DNA of 64,000 nt from Octopus vulgaris. Its lineage: Eukaryota. Positions 34,151 through 49,382 of the stretch are shown here, one piece after another; positions within the stretch are counted from its first letter, which is position 1, and each line of letters opens with the position of its first letter. The translations under genes and the position numbers were made by a program. The notes under the pieces are model-generated. The model did no database searches and had not been told where the DNA came from. It worked only from the letters and a program-made list of their open reading frames with translations. The DNA is taken from NCBI GenBank assembly GCA_951406725.2, contig OX597824.1:25606001-25670000 (forward strand), in the 5' to 3' direction.

Positions 34151-37132
34151 ATGCGGGCCACCATTCGCTCCAATCTCTCCAAACTACAAGCCATCAACCG
34201 CCTTCTTCCTCCTGCTTTCTCCACCTTCTTCTCCTCTCTGCCGCCTCTCTATGCTCCAAACACGCTACGCTTCATTATCCATTTGAATCAACTCTTCCAT
34301 CAATTTCTTTCTGATACCAAACTTCGTAAACTCCAATCACTCTTCCATTCCACCCTACCCGACGCCACTACCCCAACTCCTCCACCACCCTTCTCCCCTC
34401 CCGATAGGCTCCATCCACCCACACCTAACCCCACTGCCCCTCCCTACAACCCCTTCTCCCCTCCCGTTAGGCTCCATCCACCTACACCTAACCCTACTGC
34501 CCCGCCCAACCACCCCCCACACACCTCCCCAATCCCTCCCCCTCAGACCTCCACGAGACCTACCACCCCTCCTACTTCTATTCCACCCACCCCTTCTCCA
34601 CTTCCGTCTGTTGTTACCATTCCCCCCGATCTTCCCCTCTCTGCGGCTGAACGCTCCGTCCTTGGTAGGGGTCTGCGTTTCATCCCCCTCACTCCATCCT
34701 GTAAGGAATTCCAGACGCGAGTTGATGTCCACAGCTTTGTGCGCCGTGTCCGGTTGGGTGCGCATTACCACGACTCGCCACCCACACCCAACGAAGAGGA
34801 CGACTGCTTCACTGGCCTGGGCCGCCGACCATCCCCGTGGACGCCTGCCCCTGGCCAGATCCTAGCAGTGGATCTTTTCGCGGGCGCTTGTCAGCGTGCA
34901 TTGGAGCGGTTCAACTTCTCCAGGCGCCAACGCCGCCTCAACATCTCCCCGGCTGAGCTCTTGGCTCTTCGTTCCCTCCAACGGCGCGCTGACATTATCA
35001 TCAAACCGGCTGACAAGGGTGGAGCTGTAGTGGTGTGGCGCGCGGACCTCTATAGGGCCGAGGCTTTCCGCCAACTCAATGACACCTCCTTCTATTCCCC
35101 TCTGCCCTCTAACCCCACACGTAGCTACCAACAGACGGTATCCTCTACTGTCCAAGACCTCATCTCGTCCTCCCGTCTCCCCCGCACCGCATCCAACCTA
35201 ATTGTGCGAACCCCACGTACCCCCACCATTTACTTCCTCCCCAAAATCCACAAACCCAACAACCCTGGCCGCCCCATCGTCTCCGCCTGTAACTGCCCCA
35301 CGGAGCTCATCTCTAAATACCTCGACCGTGTCCTTGCCCCCCTAGTGGCATCTCTTCCCTCCCACATCCACGATACCAACCATGCTCTCCGGCTTTTCAA
35401 CTCTTTCTCCTTTCCTCCCGGCTCCTCCAAAATCCTTTTTACTATGGACATCCAAAGCCTCTATACTGTTATCCCTCACCACGAAGGACTGCAGGCCCTT
35501 CGACACTTTCTTGACCTCCGCTCTAACCCTGTACCTGACACCTCCACACTCATTCGTCTGGCCGAACTTGTCCTTACTCTGAACTGCTTCTCGTTCGCGG
35601 GCGAGTTCTACCATCAGGTCTCGGGAGTGGCCATGGGAACGCGAATGGGCCCCAACTATGCGAACCTGTTCGTTGGCTATGTTGAGGCCCAAATATTCTC
35701 TACTTTCACTGGTCCCACTCCTGAACTATATGGTCGTTATATTGACGACATTATCGGTGCCACCTCACTCTCCCGCGAACATCTAGATTCCTTCCTCTCT
35801 TTCGTCCAATCTTTCCATCCAGCCCTCCACTTCACTTCCACTATCTCCAACACCTCTGTCTCCTTCCTCGACATTTCGGTTAGCATTCTTGACTCCACTC
35901 TTACCACCTCCATTCACTACAAACACACAGACTCACACTCATACCTCAACTTCTCTTCCTCCCACCCAGAACACACCAAGCTTTCCATCCCCTATTCCCA
36001 ATTCCTCCGTCTACGTAGGCTCTGTAGTGACGACCATGACTTTGAGACTCAGTCTCAACGTATGGCTCACCACTTCACCCTACGTGGATACCCCCTCACC
36101 ACTATCCACACCGCCCTTGCCAGAGCACGGTCCGTGGACCGTGTATCTGCTCTCTCTCCCCGAACCCGCCCTGTAGTCTCCCGCCTCCCTTTTCCCCTCA
36201 CTTACCACCCCACGACCCTACGTCTCCAACGCACCATTCTTCGAGCTTTCCGTCGTCTCCAGTCCGACCCGTCCACTTCACACCTCTTCCCTAACCGACC
36301 CCTCCCCTCTTTCAAACGAGCCCACAACCTTCGAGACCTTTTGGTCCATAGCTCCTTCCCTGACCCTACCTCCCAACCCGGCTCGTTCCCCTGCTCCCGC
36401 CCACGTTGCCGCACTTGCCCTTACCTCTCCAACACCACCCGCCTCACTAGCACCCACCATCGACCCTATCCCATCATCCACTCCTTCACCTGCACCTCCA
36501 GCAATATTATCTATTGCATCTCTTGCTCTCTCTGCAATTCCTTGTACATCGGACAAACGGGACGCCGCTTGGCTGACCGGTTCGCGGAACACCTTCGTGA
36601 CATCCACCTTGCGAACGACACACCGGTCTCACGCCATTTCCGCTCCACCGGTCACTCCTTGCAACACCTATCTGTGTTCGGTTTGTCCTTACACAGAGGC
36701 CATCCGGATTCCCGTTTGCGCCGTGAACAGGAATTAATCTTCTCTCTTCGCTCTTATACGCCATTTGGTCTCAACTCTCCCCCCTCCTCATCTAACCCCC
36801 CTCTCCCCCTCCTCACCTATCCTTTCTCCCCCGACCCCTACTTCTTCAGTCCTTCATCCTTTCACCCCTACTCCCCTTCCCTTCTTCCCTCTTTCTCCCT
36901 CCCTCTTCCTCTTCCCTCTGCTCCCTCACTCCCTCTCTCCCCTTCTCTCTCCCCCTCTCCCTCTTTCCTCCTTCATCCCTCTCCTCCCCTTCCTTCTCCC
37001 CATCCTCTCCTCTTCACCCTCCCCTCCCCCTCTTCTTCCCCTCCCCTTCTCCCCCTCTTCTCCCCTCCCCCTCTTCTCCTCACTACACCACATGACTTTA
37101 CACATCACATCACATATGATGTGCCATACTAA
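34151..37132 (+). CDS. Penelope-like polyprotein: reverse transcriptase + GIY-YIG endonuclease
   Basis: KPADKGGAVVV, YFLPKIHK, GRPIVS, MDIQSLYT, GVAMGTRMGP, RYIDD, FLD; CSRPRCRTC and IIYCISCSLCNSLYIGQT...R..EH. Frame is open from ~33983 (FLSRCLHHRLIPKGF), so the true start may be ATG 33888 with one frameshift. The C-terminal ~115 aa are low-complexity read-through. Confidence 0.93.
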   Translation: MRATIRSNLSKLQAINRLLPPAFSTFFSSLPPLYAPNTLRFIIHLNQLFHQFLSDTKLRKLQSLFHSTLPDATTPTPPPPFSPPDRLHPPTPNPTAPPYNPFSPPVRLHPPTPNPTAPPNHPPHTSPIPPPQTSTRPTTPPTSIPPTPSPLPSVVTIPPDLPLSAAERSVLGRGLRFIPLTPSCKEFQTRVDVHSFVRRVRLGAHYHDSPPTPNEEDDCFTGLGRRPSPWTPAPGQILAVDLFAGACQRALERFNFSRRQRRLNISPAELLALRSLQRRADIIIKPADKGGAVVVWRADLYRAEAFRQLNDTSFYSPLPSNPTRSYQQTVSSTVQDLISSSRLPRTASNLIVRTPRTPTIYFLPKIHKPNNPGRPIVSACNCPTELISKYLDRVLAPLVASLPSHIHDTNHALRLFNSFSFPPGSSKILFTMDIQSLYTVIPHHEGLQALRHFLDLRSNPVPDTSTLIRLAELVLTLNCFSFAGEFYHQVSGVAMGTRMGPNYANLFVGYVEAQIFSTFTGPTPELYGRYIDDIIGATSLSREHLDSFLSFVQSFHPALHFTSTISNTSVSFLDISVSILDSTLTTSIHYKHTDSHSYLNFSSSHPEHTKLSIPYSQFLRLRRLCSDDHDFETQSQRMAHHFTLRGYPLTTIHTALARARSVDRVSALSPRTRPVVSRLPFPLTYHPTTLRLQRTILRAFRRLQSDPSTSHLFPNRPLPSFKRAHNLRDLLVHSSFPDPTSQPGSFPCSRPRCRTCPYLSNTTRLTSTHHRPYPIIHSFTCTSSNIIYCISCSLCNSLYIGQTGRRLADRFAEHLRDIHLANDTPVSRHFRSTGHSLQHLSVFGLSLHRGHPDSRLRREQELIFSLRSYTPFGLNSPPSSSNPPLPLLTYPFSPDPYFFSPSSFHPYSPSLLPSFSLPLPLPSAPSLPLSPSLSPSPSFLLHPSPPLPSPHPLLFTLPSPSSSPPLLPLFSPPPLLLTTPHDFTHHITYDVPY

Positions 37133-37619
37133 TACACACACCAACTAATACATACTAATACGTACTAATACATACTAGTACATACTAATACTTACACCAA
37201 CCCTATACATACACACGTCCAGACCCCGCATACGCACTTATACTCTCTCACACACACACACACACACCTATACATACCAATACGTACTAATACATACTAA
37301 TACATACTAATACATACACCAACCCCATACATACGCACGTCCAGACCAATCCCACGCACTGATACTCTCTCATACACACACACACACACACACACACCCT
37401 TATACATACTAATACATACACCAACCCTATACATACACATCCAGACCCCTCCCACGCACTTTTAGCTGGTCCCTCAACCCTATTATCTCCCCTTATTTCG
37501 CTCTCGCGTCTCATGTTTGATCTTTGACCTCTGGCCGAAATCAGATCGCCATGTTGATTCGTTAGCTACTGCACGCATTTTTTTCTCTCCTTCTTTCTGT
37601 GTTTTTCTCTCTCTGTGTA

Positions 37620-37657
37620 TCTTTCTGTTGAAGAGCGTAGGCTCGAAACGTTAAAGA
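37620..37657 (+). ncRNA. Minimal hammerhead-like motif in pLTR 2
   Basis: Identical to 33124-33161. Confidence 0.7.
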
Positions 37658-38054
37658 CTTGTTTTATTTATATTTCCTGAGCGCCATACTAATACAATTG
37701 TTCGTTTGTTTTCCACCTGCCTTCGTCTTTTGTTTATTTTCATAAAGCTTCCCGTTATATATATATATATATATATATGTACTACTTATAAACAAAGTCA
37801 AAAGAAAAACATTTCAATGCCAAATATGCCGAAATAGACTTAATCTTCAATAACCATCTAATTTATTACTATAACCTTTATGTATGTATGTATGCATGTG
37901 TAACTACTTGTTGTGTAGAGTGAGTTCACTATTCGAAGAAGAGTCATCTCCACTCTTACATTTCGAATGAGCCCAAACAAATGAATAGGACATATTTCCG
38001 TTCGTCATATCTCTCTATCATGTGTATTTATATATATATATATATGTATGTTTA

Positions 38055-38131
<77 letters not shown>

Positions 38132-38149
38132 ATGTTTATATATGTATAC

Positions 38150-38181
<32 letters not shown>

Positions 38182-38301
38182 ATGTTTATATATGTATACA
38201 TATATATATGTATATATATAGGTATGTATGTATATATATATATATAGGTATGTATGTATATATATATATAGGTATGTATGTATATATATATATATATATA
38301 T

Positions 38302-38342
<41 letters not shown>

Positions 38343-38433
38343 TATGTATGTATTTTGATTTGATTTTGATTTTTCCAGTTTCAGCTAATGAGCTGTGGCC
38401 ATGCTGGGGCACCGCCATATATATATAGGTATG

Positions 38434-38466
<33 letters not shown>

Positions 38467-38527
38467 GTATGTATATATATATATAGGTATGTATGTATAT
38501 GTATATATATATATATAGGTATGTATG

Positions 38528-38572
<45 letters not shown>

Positions 38573-38661
38573 ATATATATATATATATATATATGGTATG
38601 TATGTATATGTATATATATATATATATATATGTATGTATATATATATATATATATATATAG

Positions 38662-38708
<47 letters not shown>

Positions 38709-38797
38709 ATGTATATATATATATATATATATAGGTATGTATGTATATATATATATATATATATAGGTATGTATATATATATATATATATATGTATG

Positions 38798-38836
<39 letters not shown>

Positions 38837-39839
38837 TATGTATATGTATATATATATATGTATATATACTAGCATTATAAGCCGGCGTTCCCGGGTCATG
38901 GTGCTAGTTTGGTATAAATTTGTTAAATAAAAAATATGGAGTAATAAAACATACAATGACATATTAAAAAGACGAATCAAAATTCCAGAGAAAAATACAT
39001 AGAAGATAAATATACAAATTTACAAAAATACATAAATGTTAATCTACGGCCGTTTCGGAGATGCATCAATTAATATGAAACATATCATATACTTAAAATT
39101 GACACTCCCCTCGTCAGGATGTTTTTACACACAACACATAGTACACGGAAACATATGCACGATTACATACCTGCTACATGCGAAAGACCAGACATTACGT
39201 ACTCCCAAAAATTCTCATAGATACTGAATGCTACTTTATAAGCATATAATTCAATCTAGCAGCTATAGTAAATGGTATGAGCACAGCCCCATCTGGACTA
39301 ATTCACTTCTGCACTCAATTAAATTGTTCATCTTTTAATTTCTCCCATTCATGCAAAGCCACATATTCGAGTTCAAGTCCTTGATACCTTTTATAATAAT
39401 TGCTATTTTTTCTTTTAATTGTTATATTACGATTTAATTACCGTTTTAATAAAATAAAGTATATTTAATTACTACTTACTATATTTACAATATTTAATTC
39501 ATTTGTTATTATTACCCCTAACTTTTATTGCAATTTTTATTTCTAAATTTCTTATGGAACGTCGGGTGGATCTTATACGTACAATATATTTTTATATGAT
39601 GTTTATATATTTCCAAATGTCGGGCTTTCTGTCTGTTCTGTATGTATAAATGAATATATGAATATATGTATGTGTTTGATCTTTCTGTGGATTTTGTAGT
39701 GCTTTTGTAGTTGCTGCTCGCATTGCCTCCCCTCGGATTAAAAACTGTATACAGCTCATTTGAGCACTAATGTACTAGTCTGTTATATATTTTGAGCGTT
39801 GTTGTCACTAACGATCTCAAGATATAACTTTATATTTGG

Positions 39840-39907
<68 letters not shown>

Positions 39908-40136
39908 CCATATACATACAATAGAGAGATGTTTTTGTTTCACTTTTAACACGTAATACTGAAATAGTGGAGAAGATATGATACTGCTGTGGGCTCGCTC
40001 TAAGCAAGAAATTAAACACTTTTTTTGCCTATGATACTACTTGGACCCTAAGTAAGGCATGTGAGAATTTTGATTGAAATTGGTTGAAATTCTCAAGTTT
40101 TAGGGAAACAGACAGACACACACACATTCTCAGTTT

Positions 40137-40167
<31 letters not shown>

Positions 40168-41799
40168 TAAATCAATCAATAAATGGTGGGGTTGTGTTGA
40201 CCGCACGTGGAGAAATTCCATTATCATGTGGAAATGTTGGAGTATAGGCTTAGAACATCGAAGGAGACCATGTGGCATTCTTCCCTGACCTGTTCTGGGA
40301 GATGGTTCAGCATTCCTAAATAATCTATTTTACACCTTCTAATATGTTTTAGATATGGCGTTAGGAGAATATCCATAAAGTAACTTAATCTGTGTGTTTC
40401 ACAGAATGGGGCAGCTATGATAGGTTGTAATTTTAAGTCTCCTGGTGTTGTTGTATGTATGTGTGTGGTGATTTGTTGATGGCTTCATTGATGGTTGGTC
40501 TTTTGTGGATTTTGGGAAGGCCATAGAAAAGGCTGGGTTTGTATTTAAAGTTTGGTAGGAAATCTACTTCCCTTTTTGTGAGGCCTTTCCCGTAGGTATG
40601 CATTAGTGAAGAGTGGTTTTTCACTATTTTGGTGGGATTGTAGTTGTTGATTTCTTCATAGTACTCATTGTTGTTTAGTAGGGATATGACTAGATTTCTG
40701 TAGTAGGATGTGTCCATAATTACCACTGGGCTACCTTTGTCCGCTTCTTTGATTGTAATTTCTTTATTGTTTTGTAGTTCATTAATTTCTTTTCATTGGA
40801 TTTTGTTGAGGTTTGAGATGGTTTTTTGTTTGTGCAGAGTGTGAGAGTGAAAGTTTTCGATGTGTTTGCAAAATTCATCAAAGCTTCTGTCGCTTTCTTT
40901 GTGGAGGGTGTATTCGCTTTTGTTCTTGACCAGTGATTCATCCTGATCATCAAATTTGGTCAGTGTCTCAAGTCTTAATTTCCCGCAGAAATCTGAGACG
41001 CTGTCTTTAATTTCACTTTGATTGGCTCTTCGGGGAATCAGTGTGAAATTGAATCCTTTGGAGAGGATGTCTATATTAATGTCGGATAAGGATAAGTGGG
41101 AGACGTTGATTACTATGGGTTTCTCCTGTGTCTCGGGTTTCACCTTGCTATCGGTTTCCTCTGCTGTGTGACAAAAATGTTTGTTGTGGGATGCTGGTTG
41201 TTTTTGTGTGTGTAGAGGTTATTCGTGTAAAAACGAGGATTTCCGTTGTGTGGGTGGTGAATTTGAGGGATTAGGTTGTTATGATTGTATGGGTGTTTGT
41301 AGAGTCTATGTTCATAATTTTGTGTAGTGCCTGGTGTTTTTAATAGACCCCGGGCGCGGTGGATGTTACCGAATGGGGTGTAGTCTTGTTCATTATTGTG
41401 CGTAGTACCTGGTGTTTTCAACAGTCCCTGAGGGGTAGGGTGGCAATACTCCCTCCCTCTCAGCTCCAAGTCCTTGGACTTTTCCAAAGAGTCCCCCTCC
41501 TCGAACCTTTCCAAGAAGTACACACTCCCCTTGTTCATTTATTTCTCACACCAACATAAACACCAAGTAGTATGTTGAATCACAGAATAAAATTTCGACC
41601 CCCGCCTTGTATGTATGTATGTATGTATGTATGTATGTACTACGTATGCATGTATGTGTAACTACCGGTTGAGTAGACTGAGATCACTATCCGGAGAAGA
41701 GTCATCTCCACTCTTACATTTTGAATAAGCTCCACCAATTGAATTGGACATATTTCCTTTCATGACAACAAAGTGAAATATCTATCTCTCTGTCATAGG

Positions 41800-41858
<59 letters not shown>

Positions 41859-43182
41859 GCAAATCAATTTTGTGGCAATTATTTGGTAGCCATGATAAAA
41901 CTCCGAGTTTCGGACGTCTGGGCGGAAACCCACATCGCTATCTCTTCAGTTATCCGACCATCAAAAAAATGCTATGAAATGACTGTTAAGCAAATGCAAA
42001 TTACTGCGTGATTGACCGTTATTAAGACAAACGAACTATTAGAATGACCGCTAAATGAGGGGAGGGAGTAAAAGTAAGGAATTAAAAATGTTCGTAGTAT
42101 TCGCGTAAGCATGCCCATACATATACATGCCCGCCCGCACACCCACGTACATGCATCTATAAGTATATACTCACCCACTCTCATTTATATAACTATATAT
42201 ATATGTATATCTTTTATATAAAATCCGTTCTGTCTGTCTGTCTGTGTGTGTGTCTTCTCGGAACTCGGGCATCCTCCATCCGATTGCGCTCAAATTTGAT
42301 ATGTAGATACCGACGGTATCACGGCATGTATAAGTCTTGAAAAAATTACAAAAATCGATTCCAGATGAGAATGCGATCAATAAAGCCGTTTTGGTCCTGC
42401 TTTTCTTCCGTCAACCTGTACATAACTGCACCTTCCATTTTTTCTTGTTTTTGTACTGCTTAAAGGCACGTTTCTTTCCTGCCAAGCTTACTGTTTAAAC
42501 CATGTTTGTGTTCTCCCAGTGAACAGCCTTATCATTAGTGGTACTTTAAACTCTTCGGTTGCATATTTCTGCGAATAAAATCACTTTTCTTTGGAATAGA
42601 AAAAAGTCTATCTTTATTTCTTCTTTTGCTGGAGTCTCAAATTTAGGTTAAAACAGTGTTTCTCAAAGGAGACAGTCGGACAAGTTTTTTTGAGAAAATT
42701 TGGTTTAAATGTCTGACAACTCAGCACCGTCCATTGGACGGTAGGCGTTTTGCTCGTATGTATATATATCTATATGTTCATATATAGTTGAAAGTTCATA
42801 ACTGTAGCACAGGGCCTTTTCTCTATATAGTATAACTGTGAACTAGATTGACCTTGATTGAGTAGATGCATGGATAAGAGTTATCAACAATGACCATTCC
42901 AAATTTTGTACATCGCACTCTACATTGTTCAGTATAAAATTCATTATTTAATATGGTATGATGTGATTTAAAGGTGATTTTGTTGCAATTTCTAGCAGGT
43001 TAGTAACGGTGGAGAGAGTCTCCCGCTAGAACTTGTTAAAATGGAAGACCTCATGTCACTATTGTGCCTTAATATGGTAATGAAATACACTATAACATAA
43101 TAGGATGCGCTAAACATGTTTCAGGAAATTAAACGACAGCAATGAGTATGGAACATGCACATAAGCTTAAGTGGAGAAAAGA

Positions 43183-43258
<76 letters not shown>

Positions 43259-45641
43259 GTGTATTCGCGCGTAGATGTATGTATACACACACACATTCAC
43301 GAAACCCCACCTCCCACACACACATATTGCTAATATTTTGCAGGTGCAACAGCGTGACTAAAGGTCCGAGAATTTTGTTCGTTTGTGCACATATATATAT
43401 AGAGAGAGACTGACATCGAGTGTTTTAACTTATTCCTGTATGAAGAACATCGTTGCTTTAGCTTCATATCATTGTGTGAGCTCCACAACTACCGAACGAA
43501 CCTATAATTTCTGAGTAAGTGCCTTGCTTTATTTTATTGTGTATTCAAATGGTATTTATAGTAAAGAAATATAGCCTGTTTGTCACATACGATACACAGA
43601 ATATATTTCTTTGGTCATAACTCATTCCTCTTCTTCTTCTTGTCATAATTATTATTATTATTATTATTATTATCATTATTATTATTATCATTATTATTAT
43701 TATCATCATCATCATTATTATTATCATCATCATCATCATTATTATCATCATCATCATTATTATTATCATCATCATCATCATTATTATCATCATCATCATC
43801 ATTATTATCATCATCATCATCATTATTATTATTATCATTATCATCATTATTATCATCATCATCATCATTATTATTATTATCATCATCATTATTATTATCA
43901 TCATCATCATTATTATTATCATCATCATCATTATTATTATCATCATCATCATTATTATTATCATCATCATCATCATCATCATCAATAATATGCCAGTTTG
44001 TTCTTTTTGTGTGTACCTGAGCGTGGTGACGGAGTTCGTTTTATGTTTTAGGTGTTTATCACATCGCAAGGGAAATAGGTACATAGATACATACATTGTT
44101 AAATCAAAAGGGGGGAGACGAGGGGCACAGAGGATGTGAAAGGGTAAGAGTGAATTTGAGAGAGACAGTAGATACATAATACCAAAAAAATGTTGATACA
44201 TAGATACATAGACACAGAAAATATTGGGTGTCAATTTCTCTTTTCTTTACCACACGAGGATAAAATTAACTCGCAAATGGCTGGATACTCCACATACATG
44301 TATATCATTAACGTAGTTCTGAGACAGATTCATCCTCACACAGAATATGACATGGCTGGCCCCTTTGAATTACAACTACAACTCATTTTTGCCAGCTGAG
44401 TGGACTGGAGCAAGATGAACTTTCAAGTAGTTGGAAGAAAACGAAAAAAAGATCCTATATAGAAGCAGGAAAATCTTTTTAGTCGTTAGGGTCACCATGG
44501 AAGTTAATCAGGTTCTAACAGCGGTATTCGTGGGTCTCACAGATGTAGAGGCCAAGCCCTCTCATAAACACTGATGTGCAGGCTGTTGTTATCAAACTGA
44601 GCGCGAGTCGTGGGCGAATACAGGATGGAATAGCAATTATTTCCTCTTAGCTTTCACTGCTTATACTAAACACATGACATTTTTGCCTTACGGTATAGAA
44701 TATTTCCTTTTCTTCACTCTTTTTAAAGAATGGTACTCCGTCGATTACGACGACGAGGTTCCCGTTTATCTGATCAACGAACAGTCTACTCGTAAAATTA
44801 ACGCGCAAGTAGCTGAGTACTACACAGACATGCATACCATAAGGTAGTTCTCAAGGAGATTCAGCCTCACACAGAATGTGATAAAACTGGCCCCTTTGAA
44901 TTTCAACTACAACTCATTTTTGCCAGCTGAGTGGACTGCAGCAAGGTCAAGTAGAGTGACTGCTCAAAAATACAGCGCGCCGCAGGGAATCGTACTCGTG
45001 TCTTTACGATCGTGGTCTGAATACCCCTAGCCACTGAGCCACGCACCTTCCCTCTCTTAACCGCAGAGGGACGGAGTGAAGAGACAGAGACAGAAGAAGG
45101 AAAGCATCAGTCATCTACAATGACAATCAAACTGAAATAAAATCGATCTTTTCTAGCTTCTTCACTTTTAAGAATGAAGACATTTAGTAATGAATAGAGG
45201 GAAGGTTTTTCAGGTGTTTACGTTTTATTCTGGGAGTTCTAGAACGATTGACTGTTAGTTCTCCCTTCTATCAACCCACCTCCGGTAATTACTCACCTTC
45301 TTTCATGTCTTTTAGTTGGAGGCGAAGAAGCAGAGACCATGTTTTCTTTTCAGGCACGTTTAATATTTTCTCTACAAACTACAAACAAGCTCCGCTACCT
45401 TTCTCTTCTTCATTCAAAATCTAATGCAAATTTCGAAGGGGATATAGTTGTGAAAAGAGACAAGAAAAATGAGTAACGCCCTCTACAAAAGAGGCGGGGG
45501 AGAAAAGTTGCCAAAAGGTCAACAAAGAGAGTCTTCAACTACAGCCTCGGGCCGGCCACAGCCTCAGAAGTGAATTTGGTAGACGGAAAATGAAAGAAGC
45601 TCGTCATATACATGTATATATGTATACATATGGTCATATGT

Positions 45642-45676
<35 letters not shown>

Positions 45677-45681
<5 letters not shown>

Positions 45682-46953
45682 AAATCAAATTGCGATAAAA
45701 TAAAAATAATTATAATCGCTGGTATTACTAACACAAGCCATATATTTTCCATATATCAGTACATTAAGGCGAAATATGTGCTAGGAACACAGAAGCTTGA
45801 TAAATTAAGTGAAATGAAGATAAAAACATTTACTAACTCGGTTATTCTCAGACTGCAGTTTCTTTCTTTTCAGCAATAAAGATAATTTATTTGCTCAGGG
45901 AGAATTCGTCAGTGAGAGCCCTGTTTTTCTGAGATCCTAACTCACTAGAAGCATGTGCATCTAATGATTTACTCTCTCTAACTAATCATATCACTGCGCA
46001 GACTCCGAACGTCCCGACAAAACTAGGGATTTCTGGTATATCGTCTAGCGCTCATAATTTATCGAGAAATATGTAAACAAATCAAATTGCGATAAAATAA
46101 AAATAATTATAATCGCTGGTATTACTAACACAAGCCATATATTTTCCATATATCAGTACATTAAGGCGAAATATGTGCTAGGAACACAGAAGCTTGATAA
46201 ATTAAGTGAAATGAAGATAAAAACATTTACTAACTCGGTTATTCTCAGACTGCAGTTTCTTTCTTTTCAGCAATAAAGATAATTTATTTGCTCAGGGAGA
46301 ATTCGTCAGTGAGAGCCCTGTTTTTCTGAGATCCTAACTCACTAGAAGCATGTGCATCTAATGATTTACTCTCTCTAACTAATCATATCACTGCGCAGAC
46401 TCCGAACGTCCCGACAAAACTAGGGATTTCTGGTATATCGTCTAGCGCTCATAATTTATCGAGAAATATGTAAACAAATCAAATTGCGATAAAATAAAAA
46501 TAATTATAATCGCTGGTATTACTAACACAAGCCATATATTTTCCATATATCAGTACATTAAGGCGAAATATGTGCTAGGAACACAGAAGCTTGATAAATT
46601 AAGTGAAATGAAGATAAAAACATTTACTAACTCGGTTATTCTCAGACTGCAGTTTCTTTCTTTTCAGCAATAAAGATAATTTATTTGCTCAGGGAGAATT
46701 CGTCAGTGAGAGCCCTGTTTTTCTGAGATCCTAACTCACTAGAAGCATGTGCTTCTAATGATTTACTCTCTCTAACTAATCATATCACTGCGCAGACTCC
46801 GAACGTCCCGACAAAACTAGGGATTTCTGGTATATCGTCTAGCGCTCATAATTTATCGAGAAATATGTAAACAAATCAAATTGCGATAAAATAAAAATAA
46901 TTATAATCGCTGGTATTACTAACACAAGCCATATATTTTCCATATATCAGTAC

Positions 46954-46957
<4 letters not shown>
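45677..46957 (-). mobile_element. 397-bp head-to-tail tandem array (~3.2 units) with one hammerhead per unit: candidate non-LTR retrozyme
   Basis: Unit marker CAAATCAAATTGCG at 45681, 46078, 46475 and 46872. Units are near-identical (one substitution seen, ~46753), have no ORF and are flanked by (TA)n. Confidence 0.8.
45846..45917 (-). ncRNA. Type I hammerhead ribozyme motif (also 46243-46314 and 46640-46711)
   Basis: Minus strand: UCUCA CUGACGA A-UUCU...AGCAAAUAAA-UUAUC-UUUAUUGCU...AGAA-A GAAAC UGCA GUC/UGAGA. Canonical core, GUC triplet and palindromic UGCA loop III; stem II closes with A.A. Confidence 0.75.
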
Positions 46958-47001
<44 letters not shown>

Positions 47002-47011
<10 letters not shown>

Positions 47012-47182
47012 TATTAGAGACAAAACTACTATTTTGCAAAACAAACAAGGAAAGACTTAATCAATACATAAAATTTTAATAAATAGTCTATTTTTGACTA
47101 TTTATTAAAATTTTATGTATTGATTAAGTCTTTCCTTGTTTGTTTTGCAAAATAGTGGTTTTGTCTCTAATAATATTTTATA
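47002..47182. repeat. 87-bp-arm inverted repeat with 7-nt spacer (47089-47095), followed by an ~85-bp tail, inside (TA)n
   Basis: Arms 47002-47088 and 47096-47182 are reverse complements with one mismatch. Confidence 0.92.
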
Positions 47183-47262
47183 ATATTTTACTATAAAATT
47201 GGATTTAATCCTAAATCTGATTTTTTTCCCCTGTAAATTTGGATTTATTCCCTAATATTTAT

Positions 47263-49372
<2,110 letters not shown>

Positions 49373-49382
49373 CATAATATAT

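Larger units (their letters stand above)
32091..37762 (+). mobile_element. Penelope-like retroelement in partial-tandem form with two ~1.17-kb pseudo-LTRs (32091-33266, 36587-37762)
   Basis: Direct repeats offset by 4496 bp, overlapping the GIY-YIG 3' end. Flanked by (TA)n on both sides. Hammerhead motif in each repeat. Confidence 0.93.

Noticed and set aside
36790-37132. Pro/Ser/Leu-rich C-terminal domain of the Penelope ORF
   Set aside because: Read-through into a CT-rich tract. The other pLTR copy is in a different frame here, so it is not a conserved domain.
45715-45732. TGGTATTAC in the 397-bp unit as a CRESS satellite origin
   Set aside because: Non-canonical nonamer that is not in the loop of a stem; the hammerhead explains the repeat better.
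45677-46957. Tandem array as CRISPR
   Set aside because: Units are identical with no unique spacers, and the context is eukaryotic with no cas genes.
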